Shown here in pieces: positions 37,087-46,866 of a stretch of 46,866 nucleotides of DNA. The notes beneath the pieces are model-generated. The model did no database searches and was not told the DNA's origin. It saw nothing but the letters and a program-made list of their open reading frames with translations. A program made the translations under genes and the position numbers. The first letter of the stretch is position 1. Every line of letters begins with the position of its first letter. Origin of the DNA: Octopus bimaculoides (Eukaryota); the NCBI RefSeq assembly GCF_001194135.2, contig NC_068993.1:36136069-36182934 (forward strand). The letters are read 5' to 3'.

Positions 37087-37759
37087 CACACGCAAAGGTA
37101 AGGTTAATAATTTGAACAATATTAAATAATATTCTTAATAATTAATGACAGAAATTTAGACTTATAATCAATAAATAAAATGTATCATAATTAATAGTTC
37201 ATTCAATAAATGAAATACGTTTTATGCCACGAGGAAGAAAATTTGTATTACTATTTGCTGACATGGAGCATCACTAGTTGCTGTTTTTCTCAGATTCTAC
37301 TGCTTGATTTTACATTCACATGCTACTCATACTGTCTGTTGTAACCTACCTTGAAATCATACCCAAAAATAGATTTTTCTCTTCTTCTCTCCCAATATAG
37401 CTGCTACATTTCCAGACAGTTCCCAGTTGTATTTCTTTCACTTAAATAACTTTAGGGAAGCTAGAATACTTTTCATGATAGATGTACAACTATAAACAAG
37501 GTACGAAACTAACAGCTACAGGATTTCTGTAGTAATACTCATTAAATTTAATCATTCAAACATGGAAAAAAGGCAAGATGTTAATTAAACAGTTATAAAG
37601 AGGTTTTTAATTAAATTTTTAAAAACTGAATATTTTATTGTTTTATCACTATGCTATAAAAACAACTTCATAAACTAACATAGACAATTCAAATATTTGC
37701 AAATTCTTTCTCTCTGTGTGGTAAGAATCAAAAATATACCAACCAAGCTATTTTCCTAT

Positions 37760-38110
37760 AATTTAATGTTAGGTGTGTCCATATTTGTACTTGGCAAAAA
37801 ATACACAGTGCAATCTGTGTTAGACTTGTAGGATGGCTGACATTGAAAATAATCAGTGCAGTATAAGAAAATTTCTAAGACTACAGAATTAGAGTCAGTG
37901 ACATCTGAAGTAAACAACACCATTATTGCCAGTAAGTTGCCAGAAGAATGTGAAGAATATCAGACTACGACATGCATAATGTGAGATAGATACCAATAAT
38001 CTGTAGATAGCAAGTTCACAGTACTTAGTTATATCTACTTGTGATCTGAGATGAAGTTCCACTAAGGTTGACATTGTCTTTCAGGCTTCTAATGTTGATA
38101 AAAATTAATA
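37760..38110 (-). pseudogene. Decayed apurinic-endonuclease N-terminus of a CR1/L2-group LINE
   Basis: Across frameshifts the minus strand reads LIFINIRSLKDNVNL / VELHLRSQVDITKYCE / GNNGVVYFR / CTVYFLPS, resembling the APE motifs 'NIRGLRSN..SVEHHL', 'G..VYVR' and 'CAVY.SP'. By eye only. Confidence 0.4.
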
Positions 38111-38844
38111 TTAGTCAAGCACAGGGGTTGATATAATCCATCACACAATGTGTATTCCAGTGTCTCTGGTAGAATCATCACTATAATATTCTTCTGTTTT
38201 GAGTAGCTGCAATTAAGAAGTGTTTTGCCAAACCATGCCAGGAATCACTTTTCCCCATTAACTTTGGTAAGTCCTCAATTCCATATTGTGTGTGTCTCTA
38301 CCAATAACATCAATGTACTTGTGTGGTTTTTGTCATAAATTAAGGTGTGGAAAACTTTAGAATATAACCTCCAATATTCAGCACAATACCAATAGCCAGC
38401 AAAGGTCTTTCCTGTTTTGAGCCACAATAGAGATAGGTAGAACATGTCTATAAATCCATAAATCTCTTCTTTGGCCTTGTGCTCACACCATGTGATGTTT
38501 TGAACTCTCATGAAAGAATACTTAATCAGTCATTATAATCTTTTAATCATTTATTTATTTCAACCATTAGACTGTGGCCATGCTGGGAGCCTAACTTGAG
38601 GAAGCTTAGTCGAATAAATTGACCCCAGGACTTATTTTTTTAAGCCTGGTACTCTTCTATCGGACTCTTTTGCTGAACCACCAAGTCATGGGGACATAAA
38701 CACACCAACGCCAGTTGTGTGTGTGTGTCCTACCACAGCTTTCATGTTAATTTAGGAGCAGGTAATTCAGTTGATTGAACAACTGAATGCTCATTGGCTG
38801 GACAGAGAACAGTCCACACTGAAAAAACAAAAGATAAAATAGGT

Positions 38845-39466
38845 GCAGGAGTGGTTGTGTGGTAAGAAGCTTGCTTCCCAACCACGTGGTTCCAGGTTCA
38901 GTCTCACTACATGGCACCTTGGGCAAGTATCTTCTACTATAGTCTCAGGCCGACCAAAGCCTTATGAGTGGATATGGTAGACAGAAACTGAAAGAAGCCT
39001 GTCGGCATGTAAAAAGCATAGTTGATGCCAGTGCCGCCCGACTGGCCCCCATACCGGTGGCACATAAAAAGTACCCACTACACTCTTGAAGTGGTTGGCA
39101 TTAGGAAGGGCATCCAGCTGTAGAAACCATGCCAGATCAGATTGGAGCCTGGTGCAGCTTCCTGTCTTGCCAGTCCTCAGTCAAACTGTTCAACCCATAC
39201 CAGCATGGAAAGCGGACGTTAAACGACGTTGATGATGATGACAATGACGATTTGTGTGTGTGTGTGTGTGTGTGTTTGTCCCCCCATCACCACTTGACAA
39301 CCAGTGTTGGTGTGTTTATGTTCCCATAACTTAGTGGTTTGGTAAATAAGACCAATAAAATAAGTACCAGGCTTCAAAAATAAGTGCTGAGGTTGATTCA
39401 TTCGACTAAAAATTCAAGATGGTGCCCCAGCATGGCCGCAGTCTAATGACTGAAACAGGTAAAAGA
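38845..39466 (+). mobile_element. Family B tRNA-derived SINE (CORE-like centre) interrupted by a (GAT)n-family 3' fragment (about 39005-39248)
   Basis: Head with A-box-like TGGTTGTGTGG and B-box-like GGTTCAGTC, then ccttgggcaag (CORE-like, as recalled). After the insertion come (TG)n and the tail cacttgacaaccagtgttgg...ccagcatggccgcagtc. Similar heads at 43960-44120; reverse-orientation tails at about 6690-6810 and 38560-38720; plus-orientation tail at about 26350-26500. Confidence 0.75.
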
Positions 39467-39681
39467 TAGAGCTTTGAAAACCGGAATGTCTTTGATCACA
39501 GTTCCATTTGGCCAAGGCTGCTGTGGTGCGAAACAGCAACAACAAAACTAGAAACTCAAATATATTGGCACATATTCAAATTCATGTAAGAAACACCATT
39601 ATCAGTAAGGAAGTAACATCAAACAAGGACAGCAACATCAAAATTAAATAAAATAATAAATTTTCAAAGAAAAATATTATC

Positions 39682-39897
39682 TAATCCTTTTGATGCTGCC
39701 ATTGATTCTATAATACAAATTTTCTGTTTTGAATTAATCTAAAATAAAACCTTCCATCAAAGTTTCATGTTAATTTATATTCTAAGCACCAACATCATAA
39801 TAGCAAAATTATTTTAGTAAAGTTTTCAGATCAATTTAAAAATTAATTGAAACAAAGATAGTATATTTTAATAGAAATATGGTAACAAAAGGATTAA
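39682..39897 (-). mobile_element. TTAA/CCCTTT MITE (same family as 537-754)
   Basis: Reverse complement of the family sequence, with ends taatcctttt...aaaaggattaa. Confidence 0.7.
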
Positions 39898-40183
39898 ACA
39901 CATTTATCAAAATATAATAGCGAGCAAGTTGGTGAAATACTAGACTGTAACATGGTATGATGGTTGTCGTTTTAAAAGTAAAGGAAGGAGTAATGTGAAA
40001 TAATATGCAAAAAAAAACAAGAAACTAACATAAAAGACAAAAGCAATAATGGCACTAATGGAATTTTCTATGCACATATTGAGAAAAATTCCATTTATAA
40101 ATAAAGAGTGAATATCTAATAGGAGTGAAACAGTTTCAGTCTTAGCTACGGCTGCCATAAAAAGCAACAGCAAAAATGACAAC

Positions 40184-40241
<58 letters not shown>

Positions 40242-40242
<1 letters not shown>

Positions 40243-40454
40243 CCTTTCTATTAAAGGCACAAAGCCTGAAATTTTGGGGGAGGAAGCTAGGTGATTACAT
40301 CAACCCCAGGGCTCAACTGATACTTATTTTACTGACCTTGAAAGGATGAAAGACGAAGTTAACCTTAGCGGAATTTGAACTGAGAATGTGAAGGCAGAGG
40401 AAAAGCCACTAAGTATTTTGCCTGGCTTGCTAATAATTCTGCCAGCTTGCCACC
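40242..40454 (-). mobile_element. SINE family A between (AAT)n tracts; further copies at about 42968-43150, 43200-43372 and 43449-43623
   Basis: Family A sequence with most CpGs converted to TpG/CpA. Confidence 0.85.
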
Positions 40455-40532
<78 letters not shown>

Positions 40533-40535
<3 letters not shown>

Positions 40536-41071
40536 GCCTGGATGCAGTACCAGGCAGTGGCTCTCATGGCTTCTGATCTTAACTGATTGGAAGTGTTATC
40601 ATGTACATTGTTTTGTCTTGGTATAAAAGATGGGCTACAGCAAATATTCTGCTCAATACCACAGATTTGCTTGTCAGTTGTTTGACCTTAACCAGTTGAG
40701 CATGTCCCTTGCTGGCTGATGATATGTGCATCTCTGATCATGAGCAGAAGTAGTGGGAGAGCATCATAGCCATGTGTTGAGAGGAGTTCTTTGGGGTTTG
40801 AATAATTCACCTTTGGAAACATAGGTGTTTTGCTCAATATCCTTAAGCGAACCTTATTCAGAGACCTTTTGACCTGAAGAAAATTCTAACTGGGCCCCAC
40901 CTGCGAGGTCATGCGCTGTTTATCTTGATTTGAGACCACTATGTCACATACATATGGTTGTGATGCATGTGCCCGGTGTACCCTTATCAGACGGGTAGTA
41001 ATGATGTGTATATTGGGCTTCGTATATTTTACCCCAGTGTCACTTTGATGGCATGCACTGCTCTCTCACGC
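40533..41071. mobile_element. About 540-bp unclassified element bounded by (AAT)n on both sides
   Basis: Sharp boundaries with pure AAT tracts (40457-40532 and 41072-41095), no ORF and no TIR seen. I recall similar sequence as a common octopus repeat but this is unverified. Confidence 0.5.
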
Positions 41072-41095
41072 AATAATAATAATAATAACAATAAT

Positions 41096-42945
41096 ACTGG
41101 CAAGGATTAACATCAAGAGAGGCATATTTCAAGGAGATAGCCTATCACCATTGCTGTTTGTGATTTATATGATACCCCTCACACAGATACTATGGAAAAT
41201 GACATCAGTATACACCTTGGAAAGTGGAAGAAAATTAGATCATCTGTTATATATGGATGATTTAAAGATCTTTGGAAAGACCAAATATGAAATAAATGGC
41301 CTAGTTTCAACAGTGCAGATATTCAGTAAGGATATTGGATTGGAATTTGGGACTAAAAAGTGTGGTATGCTTATAATACAAAGAGGCAAAGTAGTGTTAT
41401 CTGATGGTGTAGAGTCAGCCAATGGCAAGAAAATCAAGGATATTGAGGCTAATGGATATAAATATCTGGGGATTTTAGAATACAACAAAAGCAAGGGAAG
41501 TGGAATGAAAGAAAGCTTTAGACAAGAATATCTCAGAAGATTCAGGTTAATCATGGGAAGTAGACTCAATGGAAAAAACAAAATTGGGGCAATGAACACA
41601 CGAGCTGTTTCCTTAATGCAATATGGCACAGGTGTTGTTAGGTGGACAAAGAACGAGCTTGAGGAAATGGACAGGAAAACTAGAAAAGTGATGACAATTA
41701 ACAAGTAACTACACCCCAAAAGCAACACTGACAAACTATATGTGCCTAGAAACAGGGGTGGAAGAGGTCTCATAGGATGCAAGGTCTGTGTTGTCAATGA
41801 GAAGAACAGGCTGAGATGGTACATCAAACAGTAGAGTGAATCTTTGCTTGCTGCTGTTAGAATTAACAATATAATAAAATATAATAAAATGTGATGCAGC
41901 CACAAACATTTAAGAAACAAGATGAGGAAAGGGTAAACAACTGGAAAATGAAACCGCTGCATGGGCAATACCTCAGAGAAATCAAAGGAAAAGATAAGAT
42001 CAACACTTGGAGATGGCTAAGAAAAAGTGATCTGAAAGGATGCACTGAGGCATTGATATGCAGCACCCAGGAACAAGCTCTGAAAACTAATTACATCAAG
42101 TTCTAAATCAATAAGAGTAGTGAATCACTCCTTTGTAGGATGTGTGGATGCAGAAACGAAGCAATCTCACATATTGTGAGTGAGTACAGCAAGCTGGCCC
42201 AAAAGCACTACAAAAGGAGGCATGATAAGTTTGTCCACTAGAGGTTATGTGAAAATAACAAACATGAACCAGAAAGAGGTACAAACAGAAAGAGGTACAA
42301 ACAGAAAGCGGTACAAACAGAAAGAGGTACAAACAGAAAGAGGTACAAACAGAAAGAGGTACAAACAGAAAGAGGTACAAAAAAGAAGTACAAACATCAA
42401 GAATGAGGAACATAAAATACTGTAGGATTTTACAATCTAATGTGACTCCCAAATCAAGGCTCAGGGACCAGATATTGTTGTGGTAGATAAAGGGAAAAAA
42501 GAAACGAAGATCATAGGTATTGCAATACCTGGAGATTCATGCATAAGTGACAAAGAACTAGAAAAGATTGAAAAGTAGAGACTACTAAAAGACGAAATTG
42601 CAAGGATGTGGACTGTGAGGAGGGTGTCTGTCATTCCAATAGTTGTAGGGGCACTCAGAGCAGTAACTACCAAGTTCAAGAAATATGTCAAAGAAATCAG
42701 AATTGACACGAGAGCAAAGCAAGCCCCAAAAACTGCTCTGTTGAGGATAATTAGGATTTTGAGATTGGTACTTGGATATTGAATGTCTCCCACGATAATT
42801 AACAACCAAGTATATAATGTGCAGAAATAACAACCAAGCTTATAATATGCAGAAAGAGATCCTGTGAGACCTCTGACAGCAGGCTGCTGTTTGCTCTCAC
42901 AGAATCTACCAGAATAAACAAGACTGAACATTCCGAGAAGTAAAA
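41096..42945 (+). mobile_element. 5'-truncated R4/Dong-clade non-LTR retrotransposon (RT + CCHC + restriction-like endonuclease), pseudogenised
   Basis: Translation from 41097: ARINIKRGIFQGDSLSPLLF...HLLYMDDLK...GLEFGTKKC...YKYLG (RT); LHPKSNTDKLYVPRNRGGRGL; WKMKPLHGQY; CRMCGCRNEAISHIVSE (CCHC-like, 42134 onward); PDIVVVDKGKKETKIIGIAIP (PD-(D/E)xK nuclease, 42468 onward). Stop near 42783, about 160-bp 3' UTR, then (AAT)n. Confidence 0.9.
42271..42382. repeat. 7 x 16-bp tandem repeat inside the Dong-like ORF
   Basis: Unit agaaagaggtacaaac (one copy agaaagcggtacaaac). Confidence 0.93.
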
Positions 42946-43157
42946 TGATAATAATAATAACAATAATGGTTTCAAATTTTGGTACAAGGCCAGCAATTTC
43001 TGGGAGCGGGTAAGGCAATTACATGGACCCTAATGGTTGACTGATACTTATTTTATCAAAGCTGACTTTGGCAAAATTTGAACTCAGAACATAAAGACAG
43101 ACTGCTAAGCATTTTGCCTGGCCTGCTAACGATTCACCATCTTAACAGTTCACCATC

Positions 43158-43196
<39 letters not shown>

Positions 43197-43413
43197 GCTT
43201 CAAATTTTCAAATTTTGCCACAAGGGAAGCCATTTTGGGGAGGGGATGGTCAATTACATTGATCCCCCCATGTTTCATTGGTACTTAATTTATCGACCCT
43301 GAAAGGGAAGACAGATGAAATATCGCTAAGCATTTTGCACAGTGTACTAATGATTCTGCCAGCTCACCACCTTTCTTGATAATAATAATAATGTTATGTT
43401 AATAATAATAATG

Positions 43414-43448
<35 letters not shown>

Positions 43449-44154
43449 TCTTTCAAGGTTTAGCAGTAATTTTAAGGGAAGGAGGCAAGTTGATTACATT
43501 GACCCTGAAAGGGACGAAAGGCAAAACCAACATCAGCAGAATTTGAACTCAGAACATAAAGATCTGGAAGAAATGCTTAGCATTTTGTTTTGGCTTGCTA
43601 ACAACTAAGCCAACTTGCTGCCTTAATAATAATAATAATAATAGTTTTCTTGTGACTAGGCACGTGAGTAATATATGTTGAGTGGGAGGGGAGATGTGTA
43701 ACCAATTTCAACTATCTCTGGTACATGTTAGAGATTTATTTTATCAATCCTAGACAAAGTAAATGCCAAGTGAAATTCGGTGAGGTTTTCAACTCAAAAT
43801 ATTGTGATTCAGTGACTGCTTTTTATAAGCATCTGACCTTTGGCTCTTTCTTCCTTCCCCCTACTCTCCTATCTTATAATAACATAAATAATGGACAATT
43901 ACGATTCCTTCCTGGATGGAACATTAGACATTTGTGTACAGCACTGGCATAGATATAGGTACAGGCATTGCTGTATGATAAAGCAGTTCACTTCCTAAAC
44001 ATGTGGTTTTGGGTTCAGTCCCACTATGCAGCACTGTAAACAAGTGTCTTCTATGACAGCCATAAGCCAACCAAAGCCTTGTGAGTAGATTTGGTAGACA
44101 GAAACTAAAAGAAGCCAACCATATCTACCTAATTTGTTTTGTTTTTTTTCTTTT

Positions 44155-44374
44155 TCAACCCTTTGGTTACAATATTTCTGATGAAATACACTGCTTTTTT
44201 TCCATTGAATTTTTAAAATAATGGAGAATTTAGTAAAATAACTTTGCCATCATTAAGCTCGTTTGGAGCATAAATTGATATGAAATTTTGATGGAAGGTT
44301 TTGAATTTAGATCACTTTAAAACAGATCATAGAAAAAGGGACAGTTTCAGGCAGGTTGATACCAGAAGGATTAA
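44155..44374 (+). mobile_element. TTAA/CCCTTT MITE (same family as 537-754)
   Basis: tcaaccctttggttacaatatttctg...gaaggattaa, with internal identity to 537-754. Confidence 0.72.
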
Positions 44375-44829
44375 CCATACCTATCATTATATCCTCTAAT
44401 AACAAATCCTATAATCCAATCCCTGTAAATTTTCCAAACTATAAAAAAAAAAAGATGTAAACTTATTAAATTGCCATATGTTAAGGACCTGTGTCAATCT
44501 TCTAATTTAACTGCTGCAGTCCACAAACTAATGGTATGCTACAGCAACAACACCAACAATAATATCATCCACAACTTGTGTTATTAACCTTATCTGCTAA
44601 ACTAATTAATAACCTGTCGAAATGTCTAAAAACGTATCTAATTAAAACAGAACCTACTGTTGTTTTTGCTATTTTTCTGGCTTCCATTGTTGTTGCTTGT
44701 CTCGTCTGAACAGCTGTTGCTGTGACTGCAGCTGTATCTGCAACCACTGCTGCATGTCTTCTATTAATTGAAGACCTTAGTATTTGAACAATATAGAAAT
44801 TATTATCATTGTTGTTGTTTTGTTGTTAA

Positions 44830-45050
44830 GGATGGTAGATTGGCAGAATTGTCAGAGCAGCAGACAAAAATGGCTTGTGGTATTTGGTTACGGGTGTTAA
44901 CGTTCTGAGTTCAAATCCCACCAAGGTCAACTTTACCATTTAACCTTCCAGGGTCAATAAAATAGAGTACCAGTTGAGCACCAAGGTTGATGCTAATGAC
45001 TAATCCTCCTCCCTTCAAAGTTGCTGACCTTGTGACAAAATTTGAAACCA
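44830..45050 (+). mobile_element. SINE family A, plus orientation, complete
   Basis: ttggcagaattg...gttctgagttcaaatccc...ccttgtgacaaaatttgaaacc followed by a TTA/TTG tail. Confidence 0.8.
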
Positions 45051-46040
45051 TAACTATTATTGTTGTTGTTGCTGATTTTATTGCTCTTGTTATATCTGAG
45101 GTGACTGCAGATGCGAAGGACACATTCAAACACACACACACATAACCATTGCTATCAAACTCTTTCTGGAATTTCCTCCCTTGCTGATACAGCTTTTGGC
45201 TTACATCTTGTTTCCTTCAGCAACAGAGAAACACAGACTAAAACACTGCAATGGTGGCATGGAATCATAAAAATCAAAAATCCAGCAAATAAAATATCTC
45301 TCATTTATGTCAGTTTTATGCCAACACCAATTATTCAAAGTAATGATTCTGAGAAACCATTTTGCAAATCCAAGAGAGAAAATAACACCAACAGCAATTC
45401 TGGAACCTGTTTGTGGTTTGTATATATGCAAGAAATAGCAGTAAGATTTCACATTTCAATGATACTATATTGTCTTGAAAGATGAAGAACACCATGGGTA
45501 GCAGTGGCACAACAATTATATGTAATGTGACTCTAGATGTCACAAATTAAGACGGGATGTTCACAATTGGAAAGCCTGCTTGATCATGGCTAACCCAGAG
45601 TTAAATAGCAACAACAGAAACAAAAACTACAAAAAGAGCAACGATTTCTTACAGCACAATTCTGTAGGATAAGATAAGAGTAGATCTGATAAGCACCAAG
45701 CGAAGAGGTAAATGGTACATATTTTAATTGCCTTGCAAGAATAAAAAACAAACAAGAGCAAGTTCTAAAGGTGTAGTGTTTTCAACATGGATCCATATTC
45801 AAAATGGAATGTAAACTGCTTTTTTACCAAATTTGCCAAAGCTCCCACAGCCAAATTCTCCCCTGAAGTTATAAACCCCGAGTCAATTCCTCTAGAAACC
45901 ACTCTGCCACTTCAATTTGAATTCCAATATTGAACATAATGGCATAGATATAGTTCCAGGCATGCCACAACAAATGGTACAAATAGCTTTGTCCAATGTT
46001 CTTACGATCCTGCCAATCCACTGCCCTAATAATAATAATG

Positions 46041-46069
<29 letters not shown>

Positions 46070-46073
<4 letters not shown>

Positions 46074-46348
46074 GACAAGACAAAGAGCATGATGTGATTG
46101 CAATAGATATTTTATTGGTTGAATGATATTTCGACTGTTATAAAATTGAAATTTAAAGACTAATGATGTCATTCCATCAATGTGTGGACGCTGGTTGTTC
46201 TTGTTCATACTTTAGATTTGAATTTCTATAATTTTGAATTTTTATTACTTTTTATTTTGAACTCGACAAAGACAGGCTTGCTGTCGAAATATTGTTCAAC
46301 CAATAAAATATCTATTGTAATCGCATCACGCTCTTCGTCTTGTCTATT
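46070..46348. repeat. 66-bp inverted repeat with 147-bp spacer; possible Penelope-like element terminal fragment
   Basis: Arms 46070-46135 and 46283-46348 are 60/66 identical and all six differences are transitions. A hammerhead-like stem gacag-gcttg-ctgtc-gaaa lies at 46271-46289. Confidence 0.75.
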
Positions 46349-46381
46349 TACTGTTGTGAAGAGTTACGTCAATCCTTTTAA

Positions 46382-46431
<50 letters not shown>

Positions 46432-46432
<1 letters not shown>

Positions 46433-46580
46433 CATTTCTACTAACGACAAAAGGCCTAAAATTTGGGAGGAGGGAACTAGTCGATAATATTGACCCCAGT
46501 GTTTCACTGGTACTTAATTTATCAACCCCAAAAGAATGAAAGGCAAAATTGACCTCAACAGAATTTGAACTCAGAATGTA
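46432..46580 (-). mobile_element. SINE family A (head truncated)
   Basis: tttctactaacgacaaaaggcctaaaatttggg...aaggcaaaattgacctcaacagaatttgaactcagaatgt. Confidence 0.8.
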
Positions 46581-46598
46581 AAATAATAATAATAATAA

Positions 46599-46866
46599 TT
46601 AATTCGTTTTATTGGCCACAAGGGCTAATATCAATTAAAGACATATAAGGACAAAGACAGGACGAAGGTTACAAAAGGTTTTGTCCGAAAAGGTAGGAAA
46701 GTTCGTCTAAACAGAGGAAGAAAACGGAGAAGGATATAATAAATAAATAGATAAATAAATAGATAAATAAATAAGTAGAACTCCCAAAGGGGGAGGCGCT
46801 TCGAAAAAGGAAAGGTTACACGTGGAAAAACCCATAAAACCACGGGAGCCTGGTCAGAAAAAATAA
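46599..46866 (-). mobile_element. Putative LINE 3' UTR (pyrimidine-rich, AATAAA, (ATT)n tail), extending beyond the window
   Basis: The minus strand ends ...gcccttgtggccAATAAAacgaattaattattattatt. No ORF is visible in the window. Confidence 0.4.

Noticed and set aside
37349-37440. Possible exons on either strand with acceptor- and donor-like sites
   Set aside because: Open frames are short, nothing was recognised and the strands conflict.
38275-38511. ORF with faint piggyBac-transposase-like words (HKAKEEIYG; GGYILKF in another frame)
   Set aside because: The matches are short, in different frames and lack catalytic motifs or TIRs.
45820-45890. Minus-strand YNFRGEFGCGSFGK resembling a kinase glycine loop
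   Set aside because: In-frame stops directly upstream and shortly downstream, and no VAIK or other kinase motif.

Overview
AT-rich, microsatellite-laden animal genomic DNA from a gapped short-read scaffold (10 N-gaps, most bordered by simple repeats). The repeat families look cephalopod/octopus-like, an inference from recalled SINE/MITE sequences that was not searched. The only host coding sequence I can support is the N-terminal coding exon of an inositol hexakisphosphate kinase (IP6K) on the minus strand (1491-1628, start hidden in a gap). Nearly all other listed ORFs are microsatellite, N-gap or chance translations. The rest is a transposon landscape: a full-length, decayed Tigger/pogo element (28796-31232); a 5'-truncated R4/Dong-type restriction-like-endonuclease retrotransposon sitting in (AAT)n (41096-42945); many tRNA-derived SINEs; TTAA/CCC MITEs; a hAT-type MITE; decayed LINE fragments; and several fold-back elements. 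The most unusual items are: (1) a young 255-bp palindromic element with GG termini, an exact 8-bp TSD and inverted telomeric (TTAGGG)n tracts in its arms, plus a second unrelated GG/8-bp-TSD fold-back element, both Merlin-like; (2) chains of retroelements strung on (AAT)n tracts; (3) a CpG-retention domain structure suggesting methylated gene bodies at both ends and an unmethylated middle; (4) a Penelope-like inverted repeat with a decayed hammerhead-like motif; (5) a 3' motif shared by a SINE family and a putative LINE end. I found no compelling novel multi-gene system. All counts and alignments were done by eye.
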